A DNA stretch of 64,000 nt from Cystobasidiomycetes sp. EMM_F5 (lineage: Eukaryota). The notes below the pieces were generated by a model. The model was not told the DNA's origin. It did no database searches and was given only the letters and a program-made list of their open reading frames with translations. A program made the position numbers and the translations under genes. Location of the stretch: assembly GCA_051047955.1 (NCBI GenBank), contig JBPGPT010000005.1, forward strand, positions 434,001-498,000. Direction: 5' to 3'. Below are positions 46,877 through 60,917 of the stretch, piece after piece (the stretch's first letter is position 1; each line of letters starts with the position of its first letter).

Positions 46877-48805
46877 TCATGCCAGGGCGAAGTGTCGAAG
46901 GTCGAAAACGATCACTTTGAACCCGTAGGTTATGGTAAAGTTCAAGGCCGGACCGCTGCGATTCGAGCAAATTCGGGGGATCGTGACCATATCACGAACG
47001 ACACTATCAGGGATGCGAAGGCCAATACGCGAATCTGTCCCGGGAATTATCTGTGCGGCGTTCATTTTCGAACGAATCTTCTCCCGGAAATTCTCGATCT
47101 GCATTGCGCTAGCAGAGGTTTCTCCGAATTGGTAGATGATTCTGGGACCTCTTGTAGTCTGCCCAAGATCGTTGTACAGGAGATTCTGCTCGGTCCCCTC
47201 CAGTGCATAGCCACCCTGGGTCGGCTTCCAATGGTGAGCAGCGTACCTGAGGTAAAAGTACGGCCTAGGTTTGCCCCTTCCACCCTGATCGACTTGAGCG
47301 TACATTTGAGTGGCCGTCATGGTATATACCTTGAAGCCGGTCGAAATTTGCTCTGGAGAAGGAGGCACTGCGCAAGTATTAGGATATCGACTGCCGTCAT
47401 GCGTACAATTTCTTACAACTTGGGCGTCGAGGACCCGCTGCACCGTTTGTCGAGCGGTTCCTACCGGCCGAAGACTCTGCTTAGTCTGATTTAGCATGGC
47501 CGAAGAGATGCAGGATCTTTTCCCGACTTGTCGAGTACCTACCGCGCTGTCTTGCTCCGGCCTCCATTACCTGCGTCATCGCGACACGCTCTGACGAGGC
47601 TGAAAGCGGTCAGTGGTCAGTGAGGGCGGACGCGGCTTGTCGGTGCATGGCATCTCACCGCTCGCACTGCGAAGACGGGTAAAAGCAGTGACGAAGGATT
47701 CTTCACCATTATTAGATTCACGAGGAACGTAGTCGGCGTAGAATCACGATGAGCGTCATCAGCGAAGGGTCCGGTGTACATGCATGTTGCGGTCAGGACT
47801 TACGGTTATCGTCACTGTCATCAGAACTACTCGTGCTTGGACGGCGAGAGGAGGTGTTACTGTAGCCTAAGCGAAGGCGGCCCGGGTCAGAAACCTTTAG
47901 TCAGCTCTCGCTTGCAATGTGGCGAGAGTTGGCCGAATGGATAGACGAAATGTACGTACTGCTGACTGAAGTGCGGCGGGAGGATAGCGGCGCTGCGACA
48001 GAGATGCAAGCCAGTCAGTCGTTTCTGCCGGACAAAAGCGTTCAACATGCTCACTATGACCCGGGTCAGCGGGTACTCCAGTCAACCTGAGGGATTACGG
48101 TCAGCACAAACAAAGCTGAGGGTAAGGCATGTAGCTCACATTTCCCCTCTCCAGCCACTATCATTACTATGATATAGCCGAATTGACATCAGTGGGTCAT
48201 GGTTGTACAGCCAGCGAATCTTACATTTTACTGAAGCTGATCCGCACTGGCCGCTGCTTTCCGTTTAACTGCATCGCAATTGATTCCAGAGCTTTTGACA
48301 TGGGCAATGCCACAACTACGACAGGTTGTGGTAGAGTGCTTGAGCTGGATGAGGATATGAAGGCTTTAACACTTTGGCTGTCGGTCGCAAGTATCGACCT
48401 CTGCTGAACATGCCGGCCTTCAGACAGGCACCATTTTACATATCGCACGAGCCACTTTGACTCATTGACGAAATTCTTGTCCTCGACTTTGATGCAGACA
48501 TTGTTTGCGGTCGGCCGTTGTTGCCGTCGAATCCATTTGCGGATTTGGCCATCTGCATTGAGCATAGCCTGTCCTGAAAAGCTTCTGTATTGTATAACGA
48601 GATGAACTGAGTCCGATTTGTCGATCGCGGCTTCGCATTTATCTATGGAGCTAACGTATGCTCTCGTAACCGTAACAGCCTTGTCGTACGATGCTAACGG
48701 TTTGCTTGTGACTGACAGCCCCTTCATGCCATCGTTGTTCCAATACATGTCACTGAAGGAGGGTCGACCCTCGAGCGGTGAGCGTGAGCGTGAGCGCTTC
48801 GACAT
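46877..48805 (-). CDS. Orphan two-domain protein, tandem paralog copy 2
   Basis: Homologous to copy 1, with the same short exons (NDSGWRGE, LTGVPADPGH, TPLSSRRTSVS) and the same intron phases. Linker splicing is not fully resolved. Confidence 0.72.
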
Positions 48806-49352
48806 CTTCTGGCTTTCAAGATGTGTGTGGAATGGAACAATATGGTCCGGGCGAAAGCGAGATGAACGATCTGCGTAGTCAGATGACAATTGACGCGGTC
48901 TGCAAGACAGCAAGCCGTCTGCTATTTGACCGTATGCCGATGGCGCGGGTCATACTGAAGACGCACAGCATTGCCGGTGCAGCTATACCCTGGTGTCCAG
49001 GCTGTGCGCACATGCCCGCTTGAGGGTCTCGTTATCGACAGAAGCGGTCATAGAAGCAACCAAGGTAGTATACACGAAGCGCTGGCAACGTACAAGGCCT
49101 GCGAAGCGGCCTGGGTCGCACGCGACCCTGGTCTCGTCACTTCAAGTTAGGTCAGCATCAGTTTCTGGCCGTCTTGCTGGTTGGGTTTCGAACAGTTTTT
49201 GGGTCAGAGGATTCGTGCAGGTTCATCGTCAGTGTTCTGTTAGCATGCTGCGTACGAGTTTAGGGATATAATTCTGTGCCTCGTATTTTGTAACGCTGTT
49301 TGATTTCTTATGACCCGTTAGCGATATTGGCGTTGCTCTGCATAACTGCGAG

Positions 49353-52300
49353 ATGGTGTCCACTACCTCTGCGGCATCATCCACGTCTGCTGCCGCTCTG
49401 GCGCAGCTGTTCCCGCTGACCCATCCGCTGCCGAATCCGATATCGAATCCTGACTTGGTTCCTCTGAACGAGCTGGCTCTCGAGATTGACCTGGTGCGGT
49501 CTGGGGCAACGAATCAGTCAAGATGGACGCATCATTTAGCCAACATCCAGGCTGGCGTGTTGCAAAAGGAGAAAGAAGCTCGAGGTTCGGTTGATGCGAC
49601 GACGGCTGCCCTGCTCGGCCACAAGCTAGCTACTCCAGCAGGACGGAAAGGCCTGCAGAGGCTCACAGACATATACGAGCGTGCTCTGGTTCAGTTTCCG
49701 TCAAGCTACAAGATATGGAAGCAATATCTCGATGCTCGTTCATCATACATTCTGGGAACACCGAAAAAGAAACTGAACCTGAAAGCCCCACGCAAGAAGA
49801 ATAGCGGCGACGACGATGATAGTGGAAGCACCCAAACACTGCTAAAATATCTCAATGAGGGGGCCAAGGATCCCGAAACGGGAGATATTGGCCCAGAATT
49901 GGCAGACAACGAGAGGGATGTCGACGGTGCTTGGGAAGGCGCTCTCGACGGAGTCATTGGCGCAGAGGAATGGCGCTCTCTAGCGGGCGTTTATGAGCGG
50001 GCTTTGACCTGGTTACCAAAGGTGCGCGCATAGTCAGAGATTCTCGCATTGACAGGCATGTTATAGCTGTCTGACTTTTGGGTCTCCATTACAGATGCCG
50101 CGACTCTGGATAAACTACCTAAACATCTTCTTACATCCTTCTTGCCCCCCGTTTCTACTGCACTCCCACGCGCGAAAGACTTTTGATCGCGCGTTGCGGG
50201 TATTGTCAAAAGCACAGCACGAACGCATATGGCGGCTCTACTTGAAGTATGCTCAGGAGATCGCGTTGCCGAACGTTTCCATACGCATTTTCAGACGCTT
50301 CCTGAAGGTCGAGCCCACCTTGACGGAGCACTACGTCAGACTATTATTAGCTGGAAAGCCTGCTGGAACTGCTCGTCCGTTGGAGGCGGCGAAGCTGTTA
50401 TTGAAATTGTCGCGACTAGCTAGCGACGGCAAGTACAAGAGTCCGGCGGGCAAGAGCCCTTACGCACTATTGATCGATTGGATGGAGGTTGTTGAGACAT
50501 ACCCGGAGGACGTGGGCATCTCGGACGAGGAAGCCCAGGAGATCATGGAGCAACGAGTATTACGTGCTGAGCGCGAGGAGGCTGAGCTCGACAAGCGGAA
50601 AAAGGAGGCCGATGACGATGCAGGTGGTGCAGGTCAAGTGACGTCCAATGACACATTGATACGCTTTGCAGGTCCGCCGCAATCAAATCACGTCGGGGAT
50701 GGCCAGGCAAACGCGGATAAGCGTATTGATGGAGAGGAAGAGGCGCGGCGCGAAGCCGAGGAATATATGGATACGACAGATTCCAAGAAGCTTGACGTTG
50801 AGGATGTCGTCCGACGTGATGCACTGGCTGTCTACAAGGATCAAGCGGGACGCATTTGGACTGGACTCGCAACATATTGGATCAAGCGCGGCGAAATTGA
50901 AAAAGCCCGACAAATCTTCGAAGAAGGGATAGCTACTGTCTTGACAGTTCGCGACTTTACGCAAATATTCGACTCATACGCCGAATTTTACGAGAGCAGT
51001 ATCTCAGCACTCATGGACGCAGTCGCGGATGAGGACGAAGGCTCAGCGGAAGCCAAGGAGACTGAAGCCGAGCTGGACATCCAGATGAAGGACTTTGAGG
51101 CCTTGATGGACAGACGGCCCTTTTTGGTAAACGACGTTTTGCTGCGAAGAAACCCGAATGATGTACAGGAATGGGAGAAGCGGGTTGCCCTATGGGGCAC
51201 AAATGATGATGAGGTAGGTTTCTGCAGTTGGGTTTTGTCGGTTTGATACAGCAACTGAAGCGGGTCTCCTCCGCAGATTCAAAAGACATACGAGAACGCC
51301 GTCGCTACCGTTAACCCGCGCAAAGCGCTCGGGGGCTTCCACCGCTTATTCATCAATTACGCCAAATTCTTCGAGGATGGCGGTGCCGCTGTTGACCCGG
51401 AAGAAAGGGCAGAGCGAGACGTTGCTAGCGCTCGAAAGGTGTTTGAAAAGGCCGTCAAAGTCAACTTTAAGAAGGTCGACGATTTGGCCGAGGTGTGGTG
51501 CGAGTGGGCAGAGATGGAAGTCCGCAACGAGTATGTTCCGTCGTGCCAGCAACCGAATATCGGCAGTACTAACTAAAGCTCGATCCGCAGGAATTACGAT
51601 GAGGCTATCCGACTCATGCAACGCGCAACCGCTTCTCCCAGAAAGACCAATACAGTAGATTATCACGACGAGAACCTTGCTTCGCAAGTCCGATTATTCA
51701 AGTCGCTGAAATTGTGGAGCTTTTACGTCGATCTGGAAGAATCCATCGGCAGTGTGGAAACAGCAAAGAAGGTCTATGACCGCATCTTCGAGCTCAAAAT
51801 TGCAAATGCCCAAGTGGTCATCAATTATGCCAACTTTCTCGCGGAGAACGAGTACTTTGAGGAATCGTTCAAGATATACGAACGCGGTATCTCTCTTTTC
51901 GGCTATCCAATCGCTTTCGAGCTATGGAACATCTACCTACCCAAGTTCGTCAAGCGTTATGCAGGCTCAAAAATGGAAAGAACGCGCGATCTGTTTGAGC
52001 AGGCAGTCCAAGAATGCCCCGAAAAGTTTGCAAAGGCAATCTATCTTATGTACGGACAATTTGAGGAAGATTATGGCATGGCGCGACGGGCGATGAATAT
52101 TTACAACCGTGCTACCGAAGCTGTGGACAGTGCAGACCGCTTTGAGGTCGGTTTATAATTCATGAATCGCTTGGCGGGGTTGACTGAAGTTCCTTGACCT
52201 CCCGACAGATGTTTGAAGTGCTCATTAGCAAGACAACCTCCAACTTTGGTCTTCCTGCAGCGAGGGCGGTGTACGAGAAGGCTTTGGAGGCCTTGCCGGA

Positions 52301-52854
52301 CAAGCATGCTGCGGAGATGTGTCTACGCTTCGCGTCATTGGAGCGTAAACTTGGCGAGATTGATCGTGCCCGCGCCGTATACGCGTACGGGTCTCAGTTC
52401 TGCGATCCACGCGTCAGTCCCAAATTCTGGGCTGCTTGGAATGCATTCGAGGTCGAGACTGGATCAGAAGACACCTTCAGAGAAATGCTGCGCATCAAGC
52501 GAGCTGTACAGGCTTCGGTAAGCAGGTAGTCGAAGTCGTTGAGAGTTTATCCACTGATCACATGCACACGATATGTAGTTTAACACTACAGCAGGCTATT
52601 TGGCAGCTCGCACCGCAGCGGCACAACAGGGATTGTCAAACGGCCAGGCGGCAGCGGCGATGGCTACACCTGCGACAAACGGAGCACCTGCCAACGCCAT
52701 GGCTGCACTGGAAGCAGCGAACAAGCCGAGCATGTCGTTCGTACCTGCAAAAGAACGCGTCAAGAGTCTGCAAGAACAGGAGCAGGAAACCAGCCAACCG
52801 GCCGAAGCTGCTGCAAACAACGACGAGATTGCCATTGATGAGGATGAAGAATGA
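49353..52854 (+). CDS. SYF1: Pre-mRNA splicing factor Syf1/XAB2 (HAT repeats)
   Basis: YERALVQFPSSYKIW, MPRLW, VLTVRDFTQIFD, VLLRRNPNDVQEW, LFKSLKLWSFYVDLEES, LGEIDRARA, EMLRIKR. Confidence 0.98.
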
Positions 52855-53011
52855 GTAGTGCAGACTCCACATGTTGTAAGGTAAAGGCGCAATCTGTCCA
52901 ACTTGAGGACACTTGGAACGTGTTTATTGCGGAGTTTGAGGGGGACAAGTCGTGCCTGCCCAAAAATTGTCGAGCTTCTTGGCCAGAGATAGATTGAGCC
53001 CAGGGGACGCG

Positions 53012-55055
53012 ATGAGCCTGAAAGGCCGTCGCAGTTCGACGATGACTGCCGTACAGCATCGAATGGACACGCCGTCCACGCGTGGTACGCTGTCGCTGTC
53101 GGCTGGGCCATCACCGAGTCTCGACAGTCGGCGCGGCGGAAATGGCACCAGTGGACCCAGCAAAAAGCGGCTCCCCCAGCTACGGCGGGATGAGATTGCG
53201 TACCTCGTCTCGATGGGACACGTCCTCGTACTTCACCGCCGGAGCGTCTACCACCTCAACAGCTGGCTCGCAAAACATCCTGGCGGTCATTTAGCGATAT
53301 TGCACTTTATTGGGCGCGACGCTGCCAACGAGATTGAGGCATACCACTGCGAACGCACTCTGCAAGGGCTCATGCGAAGCTTCATCATCGCACAGGTCCA
53401 CGTCGACGACTTTGCGGAAGGGCTCGATAGCGAAGGCTGGAAGCCACTGGTACCTCCTGTCCAGGTCATCGGCAAAGAGGGCGCGTTTAGCCAGATCTCC
53501 GACTATGCGAGCGTCAGTCGAAAGACGTGGAAGCAGGACCTGCAGTCTATACATCACCACGACCGAGCGACGGAAGCGAAAAGATTGCTCGAGGTGGAAG
53601 CACTTGAACCCCCCAGTCCGCCAGCCGGCGTCAATCCGAAGGAGCAGTATCGGATATCCAGAGCGTGGGAGACGCTGCATACGAAATTACAGGCGGAAGG
53701 GTTCTATGAAGCTCGTCCGGGGTGGAATTATCGGACAGACATTGTCAGATACCTCGTGCTATTTTCGGCCTTTCTTTATGTGTTTGTCAACGCCAGCACG
53801 ACCTGGCACTACTATGCGGCGGCCGTCCTTCTTGGCGTCTTCTGGCACCAAGTCACCTTTCTCGTACACGACGCAGGTCACACCGAAGTGTTTGGAGACT
53901 ACCACGCAGACAGAATCTTTGGCACGCTCATCGCCAGCTGGTTTGGCGGACTTAGCGTGGACTGGTGGTGCGATGTGGGTACTGCTGACATAGACACATC
54001 GAGTTACACGCGAACTGACTCGTCGCCAATTGCAAACAGAATCATAACATTCATCATTGTACGGCAATCACCATCAACAGTACAATCGAGTGCTAGCTAA
54101 TTTATTCTCAATTCAGTGGTCACAAATCATCCGGAACATGACCCGGACATCCAACATATTCCTTTTTTTGCGGTTTCGACTCGCTTCTTCAACGACATCT
54201 ACTCATCGTATTACCGCCGGACGTTGTTTTTCGACGGGTTCTCCAAATTCTTCGTAAAGCTACAGTAAGCTGTAGTTGCATATAGACAAGGATATGCTCG
54301 CATGCTAAGTACATGATTCGCAGAGATAAGCTCTACTATGTAGTGATGGCATTGGGGCGATTCAATCTGTTTTTACGATCATACGAATATATCCTCTTGA
54401 AGGCCAAGCCCGGCCTCTATCGCAACCTCGAGATGCTAGGAATTGTCTTCTTTTGGGCATGGTTTGGATTAGGCATCCTGCGCAATATACCCGATTTCTG
54501 GACCCGTCTCGGCTTCGTAGTCGTGTCATTCATCGTGACGAGTCCTCTCCATGTTCAGGTGAGACTCATATACCTCCCCTCTGGCTGGTAGGCCGCATTG
54601 ACTATAGGAATGGGTGCTCACTCACATTCACAGATTGTTTTGTCACACTGGGGTCAATCCACAGACGACATGGGTTTGTACGAATCATTCCCGAGCCGAC
54701 AATTGAGGACGACGATGGATGTCGACTGCGCCGAGTGGATAGAATTCATTCACGGAGGTCTGCATATGCAAGTGACGCATCATGTAAGCATGCATTCGAG
54801 CGTGATCTATGCAGTCGTCTGACAAGGGACGATTTCACAACACAGTTATTCCCGCGCATTCCGCGTCACCATCTTCGAAAAGCATCTCCACTCATTCGAG
54901 CATTTGCGCAAGAAAATAATCTCCCCTACCAGAAGTTCCAGTTTGTCGAAGGCAATCGCCATGTCTTGGGCGTTCTGCGCCAAGTTGCAGACCAAGTCTC
55001 CGTTTTGGGTAAGGTCGCCAGCGCACAAGCACGAGGGGAGCTTGACCACCACTAG
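53012..55055 (+). CDS. SLD1: Delta-8 sphingolipid desaturase (cytochrome b5 fusion)
   Basis: HPGG heme motif; His boxes HDAGH, HNIHH, QVTHH-LFP; TNHPEHDPDIQH. Confidence 0.95.
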
Positions 55056-55625
55056 GTCATCGTCGTCTGCTCAACGGGGCATCGAGTCAGGCAACAGAGG
55101 GAGAGAGAGACACACACCGCAATAAGCTAGCAAGCCATGCAACTGCAACCTTGTCGTTACATCATCGTCATAACACCCTTCACGATCTCTTACGATAGAA
55201 TGGGACGGGAATGACCCGCATGCCCAACTCAAAATATAGATGGTCTCGTACCACATGCTAGAATACCAAATGCAAATCATCATTTTTACTCACGATTGCA
55301 GAAGAGACGTGGTCTTTGGCATTGATATTGCGGAGATTCCAGGCAGCGGCGAAAACTAGTCGCGTAGAGAGCTGGAGGTATGTGCGTCTACATCGGCTGC
55401 AGCAGGCAGCGCAGGAGCAAGTGCATACATCTTTTATGGCTTGTTTGAGTGCACAGTATCGGCCTTGACACGTTATTCTGCGACCAGACTTATCACCCTT
55501 TCTGCCTTTGTCGAGCGTCATCTATTTCAAGATCGCCCAAGCCCCGTCGGGTGTGACGCCGCACGGATCCTGCGTGTGTAGACTATGGCTGCAGGCTGTT
55601 GTGTATGTTGCATTGCGTCCCAAAC

Positions 55626-57166
55626 ATGATGCTCGTTCTGCCATTACTGCTGCTTGGCTGGCTTGCTCGGTGTGCCATTGCCCGTCAATGCGCTGCCTTT
55701 GACGTCGCTGGAAACGCCTATGTCTTTGGGACTCCCAGCGGCGATTTCCGTCTGGGGACGCTGAATGCCACGACGGGCACATCCACATCCATCACCAATG
55801 TCAATGGTCGACCTCCGTTTGATGGGAATGGTACCCAGTGCTTTGTGGTGTGCTCAAGTCTTGACGTAGTTTTGGCCACCAGGCTGAAATTTGGTCGGCG
55901 ATGTATACAGGGACAATACACAAACGCACTGTATGTGCTTGGTGGAAGCAGTACCAATCCTGCCAATGCGTACATATTCGATTTCGCAAAACAGTCGTGG
56001 TCGACGCAAAAGACCTCTGGCGGCAAAGATGCCAACTCCTATACAGCAATTTTGGTACGTGCATCGCTTCACGGAAAGGCGATACGGCAAGGCTCATGAT
56101 GTTTCTTGCTCAGGATCACGAGTCAGTCACGAAGGCGCCCTCGCATCGGCGCTCTTGCCAGGCTGACACGATGAACTCCTCTAGTACCCTAACTCTATAC
56201 GCCTACTCCAACGGGAGCATCGATGCGCTTGTTTTCCCAGATTCGTCACCGGCTGGTAGCGGAGACACCATAGCCTGGATGAATGGCGCAGCCAACAACA
56301 ATCCTGCCTTCTCCGCAACCGATTACCAACCAGTTCTTGGGGTATGTCGCAAGTCCATAGCATTGTGGCTTGCCTGACGTTCGACACAGGCTGCAAACAA
56401 TCACATCCACTTCTTGAACACACCTAATGCCAAACCTGGAGACGTATAGTACGTATATAAGCACAACACGTTGAAATAAGGCTAACGCTCGGACCCTCTC
56501 CACAGCATATTTGTGTCAGTCTCATCGCCATCGACCTACATGAAGATGTATATGCTCACATCTTTCTCCTTTGCAGAATCCACTTTGCATATAACCAGCC
56601 TGAAGTGCAGTCTTTGGGCAATTTCCCTACAGTCCACGGTCAAACTGTCTCCTTATTGAGCAATACTAGCTCGTCACCGCCCACCTTTGCCTTCTTCCCT
56701 GACGGCGGATCAAACTCCTACCTCGTCAACGTTGTGGCGAGTAGTATTGTCACCAAGTCGAATTGCACGTACAGCAGCTGATGACAAAATACAGTCCAAC
56801 ACGACGCTCGCATATCCTGCTCCGCCCACTACGGATGCGAGTGCAAGATATGGAGCTTCGCAGAATCGACTCTTACAAGTCACGGTCGACGGTCAAGCTT
56901 CATACCTTGATCTATCTAACCCAGCCGGAGGGTGGAGAAACGTTACGATTCCTACGACTTCCAATAATTCGTCGAGCAGCTCGGCCAGCAACAGTACAGC
57001 AAGTATTAAATCTGAGAAGGGTAGCACTTCAGGTATAGCGGGCGCTGCGGCGACTCTTTCTCCCGCGGGTAACGGCAAGAACGCAGCAATTCACAACGTC
57101 CCCCTCGAAACTATATGGATTGCGGTTGCAGGCGCTTGCGCTCTATACATCCACTCTGTCATTTGA
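55626..57166 (+). CDS. Secreted/GPI-type beta-propeller-like (Kelch-like) fungal protein
   Basis: Signal peptide, LYVLGG...YIFDFAKQSWSTQ, AILDHDT, NHIHFL, IFVIHFAYNQP, Ser/Thr-rich stalk and hydrophobic C-terminus. Confidence 0.75.
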
Positions 57167-57372
57167 ATTGCATCGTCCATAATCTCAAATTCGCACGAGC
57201 CGTCTTTAGTGGACTACGTTTTCCAGCATGCAGTCACGGACACTTTTCAGTTTAGCATTTCGCTCGGGTTGAATACTCTAATGTAGCATAGTATACATAA
57301 TTTCTGTCTATTAATGAAGGATGCTGCGTGGATGTCAAAGAATTACAGCGTTACACAAGCGAAGCAAGAATG

Positions 57373-58185
57373 TTACATGACGACGCAAGCCACTTCGGGA
57401 TCTTCGGCCCTCAGACTCGCCATATCCATGACGATAGTGCCTTGCGTGATCTGCGGGCAAGCGACCATCGTACATTAGCGTTCCTACGGTTATTTGTTGA
57501 TATGCGGACATTTCGTGGGTACCTTTCCATGCTGAATAACAAATATTCCCATTCCTGGCACACGTATTGTATCTTCGTGGTGATGAGTATCCACAACATA
57601 CTCCATGTTGATGCCGATGCAGGCATCCTGCATCGACTGCCTCTGCAACGTGTCAATGCGACTATGTAGAAGGCGCATGCGAGATTTGCGAATCACGAGC
57701 TGAGACGATGTGAAAAGCGTCAGCTAGTCTCCAGCACCCTCGCTGAAGTTATCGTTACTGACTTCTCTTGCGCTCGCCATTCGTTTGAACCAACCTGTGG
57801 GAACACACTCAGCGCATGTATATCACGTGGATCTCGCAAGACTTGCTGTCGATACTGTCAAAGACTGTGATGTTGTGACGGTGCACGTAGTTTTGCGCAA
57901 AAAAGCGCGGGATGTGGTGAGTCTTGAGGTCATCCAGCGTCACATCGTCACGTCTGTTTCGACACACATTAGTACCGGTAATGTACGGAACTTAGGACAA
58001 GCGCACTTTGGATTCCATGTCATTATTGGGGTGTACGCTTGTTCAATGAACTCCACCGGGTCTGACGGTATCGCTATAGCCTTGAGCTTTTCTACCGCGG
58101 CATTGCGTTTGGCTTCGTCGTTTGAATTGGCGGAATCGCTCGTTGATGCCCGTTTATCCTTGCCCAGCACCCTGCTGAACGGCAT
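57373..58185 (-). CDS. NTF2/SnoaL-like small protein ending in a CaaX box (CVVM)
   Basis: Spliced MPFSRVLGK...RFFAQNYVHRHN...IRVPGMGIFVIQHGK|ITQGTIVMDMASLRAEDPEVACVVM-stop. Confidence 0.65.
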
Positions 58186-58294
58186 GATGTTACTTCTTGC
58201 TGTGCATTTACATATACAAATTTGGCTAAAATCAAGGTTATTTGAGCGAAAGCAACCAGCATTTATTACTGTTGAGTGCTCTCCAACTCGATGC

Positions 58295-60749
58295 ATGTCG
58301 CGGGCCGACGAGCAAGACTCACGACGGCGACAAGATGGCCAGCAGAGCAGTACACAACTAGAAAGAGGGCGGTACGAGGGCAGACGGCGCCTGAATGAGC
58401 ACCCAGGACTAGACAGACCGCTCGAGGAAGATTACGACGGCAAAGGTCAAGAGCGCAGAATATCTAAGCCTCAGGAATATCACAGACGTGGAGATTCAGA
58501 CAGGCATTACGACTATGGCTCGTCGTATCCTGTGCCTCCACGAGGCGGGCCGGAATACGTAGATTATCGAAATGATTCAGGTCGAGGGAGCTACACAGGA
58601 GCCGGGAGCCACGCAGGTGCGTTCCAATGACAGTACTAGTAATCAGGCTGATTGGGAATTGCAGATCGCGATTATCGAAGCTCCACGTCGGCACACTTAT
58701 ATTCTTCGTTTTCAGGCTCGAGAAGTGAAATCCCGACTGGACCACGTCAGGACCGCAGACATTATGACCGAGACGACCGTTCAGGGTCTCCTGGTCCGAG
58801 TAGCGTAGGCAGAAGGCGGTCCAGGTCACCATCGTCTGGTTCTAGCGGACGGCGCCCAAATCCTCTGCTCAATGACAGAGTCGCCGGAAAGCAGAGCACG
58901 GGAAGTCGAACGGATAGTCTAGAGCCTGGTGAGGAGACGGAACGGCCGTCAGTGGCACCACCGAAAGCTTCCAGCGTTACCATACGTGGCATGTCAAGTA
59001 GAGTGGCCGATCAAGCGGGTACAAGTACATCTACCGACGTTGCGGCGGAGCGGCCACTGCCTACAGGACCGAAAAAAGGTTATTATGAGCGGTCCACTCA
59101 GCCTTCGTCCTCGAGGAGTGTGACTATCCGACAACAACACTCGACATCACCTCCTCCAGCAGCACCTCGGAAACCAGCAATCTATACCGGACGTCAACAA
59201 CCGTCAGAGCCACAGCCACAGACTTCTCCACAACCGAAAGCATCGTATGAGCGACCTTCTGAGCGGAAAGTCATCGGCCCACCAGCAGGGCCGAGTGTTC
59301 GTGATGCCAAAGAGGTCGCCAGGGAACATGCGGCTCAGCACCAACTTGCCAAAGCGCAGAGGGCTCAAAATCAGAATCAGCAAGCAATACACGTCGTGCC
59401 GAGCATTGATCTACGAAAGAAAGCGCCAGATGCGTCGAAAGAGCAGGCCAAGTCGCTGGATGCGGCGGAGCCGGGCAAGCCAGTCACGACAAGAGATATT
59501 GAGCGGAATGACCCGCCAAAATATTCCGACAGTAAGGTGGAAGCCAAAGCGTCAGTACCTGAGTCAAGGGCAGCCGAAAAGGTGGTCGACTCTTCCCACC
59601 GGCACACGAAGGACCGTACAGAGAACCGCAGTGCTTCGCCCAGACCAGCCGGTAGCGCGATACATCGACCGGCTCACAAAACTGCGCCGCCGGCTGGCAT
59701 CGATGATTGGGGCGATGACCCGACTGCAAAGGTAAAGGCTCCGACTCGTGATGCAGACCACAGGCAAAGCGACTTGGTCATGCAAGGTCCGGATGTACCG
59801 ATGGAAAACGACGATTGGGGTAATACTGCCGTTACTGCATCGGCCTCACAAAACGCGAGCGTGCAAATGGCCAAGTCGACAAGCCAGACCGGCTCAGATG
59901 GGTGGGGATCGACTTTCCAAAAATCCAGCGCTCGTTATACTAGCGGCCCTACTGGACATCATAGGAACGGACCAAGTGCAACAACATCCGACCACAAAAA
60001 TCGTCAGTCACCCAATTCTAGCCCGACCGTTACATCTCCATATCACTCGACAAACAGAGCGGCACGAAGTGGAGATTGGCCTGATACTGTAATGGTTGAG
60101 ACTGCCAGAAGCAATGTCGCGTCGCCTCTGTCAACTTATGGAAGCAGTCCTGCAGTAACATCCTCAGTTGCGCATACGGGGTCTGCGGTAAAACAAGACA
60201 GCAAGACGGATGATGTTTTGCAGACTTCACCTGCTGGGCCTCGTGCATCCATGTACAGTAAAGAGTCCGCGTGGGAGACCGTCACTCCGAAAGGTCCTGC
60301 TGCACAGCGAAGACCTTTCGCGCATCACCAATCTGCCACACGTCCCAGCGGTCCGACCCTGCCTATCCCTGCGAATCTGGCTGGCCGCGGTCGCCCCGGC
60401 GAGACTTCGTCGCGACCTCTTAATCCGCTTTTGCAACCCCCATCGCAGCCGGTTGTGTCAGAATCAAAACAGCCTTTATCGCTCGTTTTGCAAGGTGAAA
60501 AGGAGGTATGTCTGCATTGACGTATCTATTGAGTGACTATGCTCCGATTGACGATGCAATTACCAGGTTGCGGAGATACGTCGGAACCGGCTGGGGCCGC
60601 TCGATCAGGCGTACATCAAGGTTCACTTAGAAACACGCAAGGCTCTTCAGACGTTAGCTTTCTTGGAAGATGAAGCAAAAATAGCAACGCTAAACAGGAT
60701 GCATCGTACCTTTCATCTCAACAAGTACAAGGACAACTACACGATGTAA
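58295..60749 (+). CDS. Hypothetical disordered Arg/Ser/Pro-rich protein with helical C-terminus
   Basis: Long ORFs joined by introns near 58617-58664 and 60506-60566; repeated PTGP/PKGP/PAGP motifs. Confidence 0.75.
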
Positions 60750-60917
60750 TACAGTCAGCGTGAGGTGAAGCGTCAGTATACAGCGTGATTCAAGCAGAGT
60801 GAAGTTTGGTCATAGGCAAGGTAATCCATTAGGGCCATTGTAGCTATAGAAGTCTAGCTCTGAATTTCGCGGCAAAACCTGTCTCAACAACAGAGTATAC
60901 GTAAACACTCTGCCGAC

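Noticed and set aside
44462..47494. Plus-strand ORFs 44462-44965 and 46838-47494, which resemble each other
   Set aside because: Antisense shadows of the duplicated minus-strand C-domain exons; their similarity follows from the duplication.
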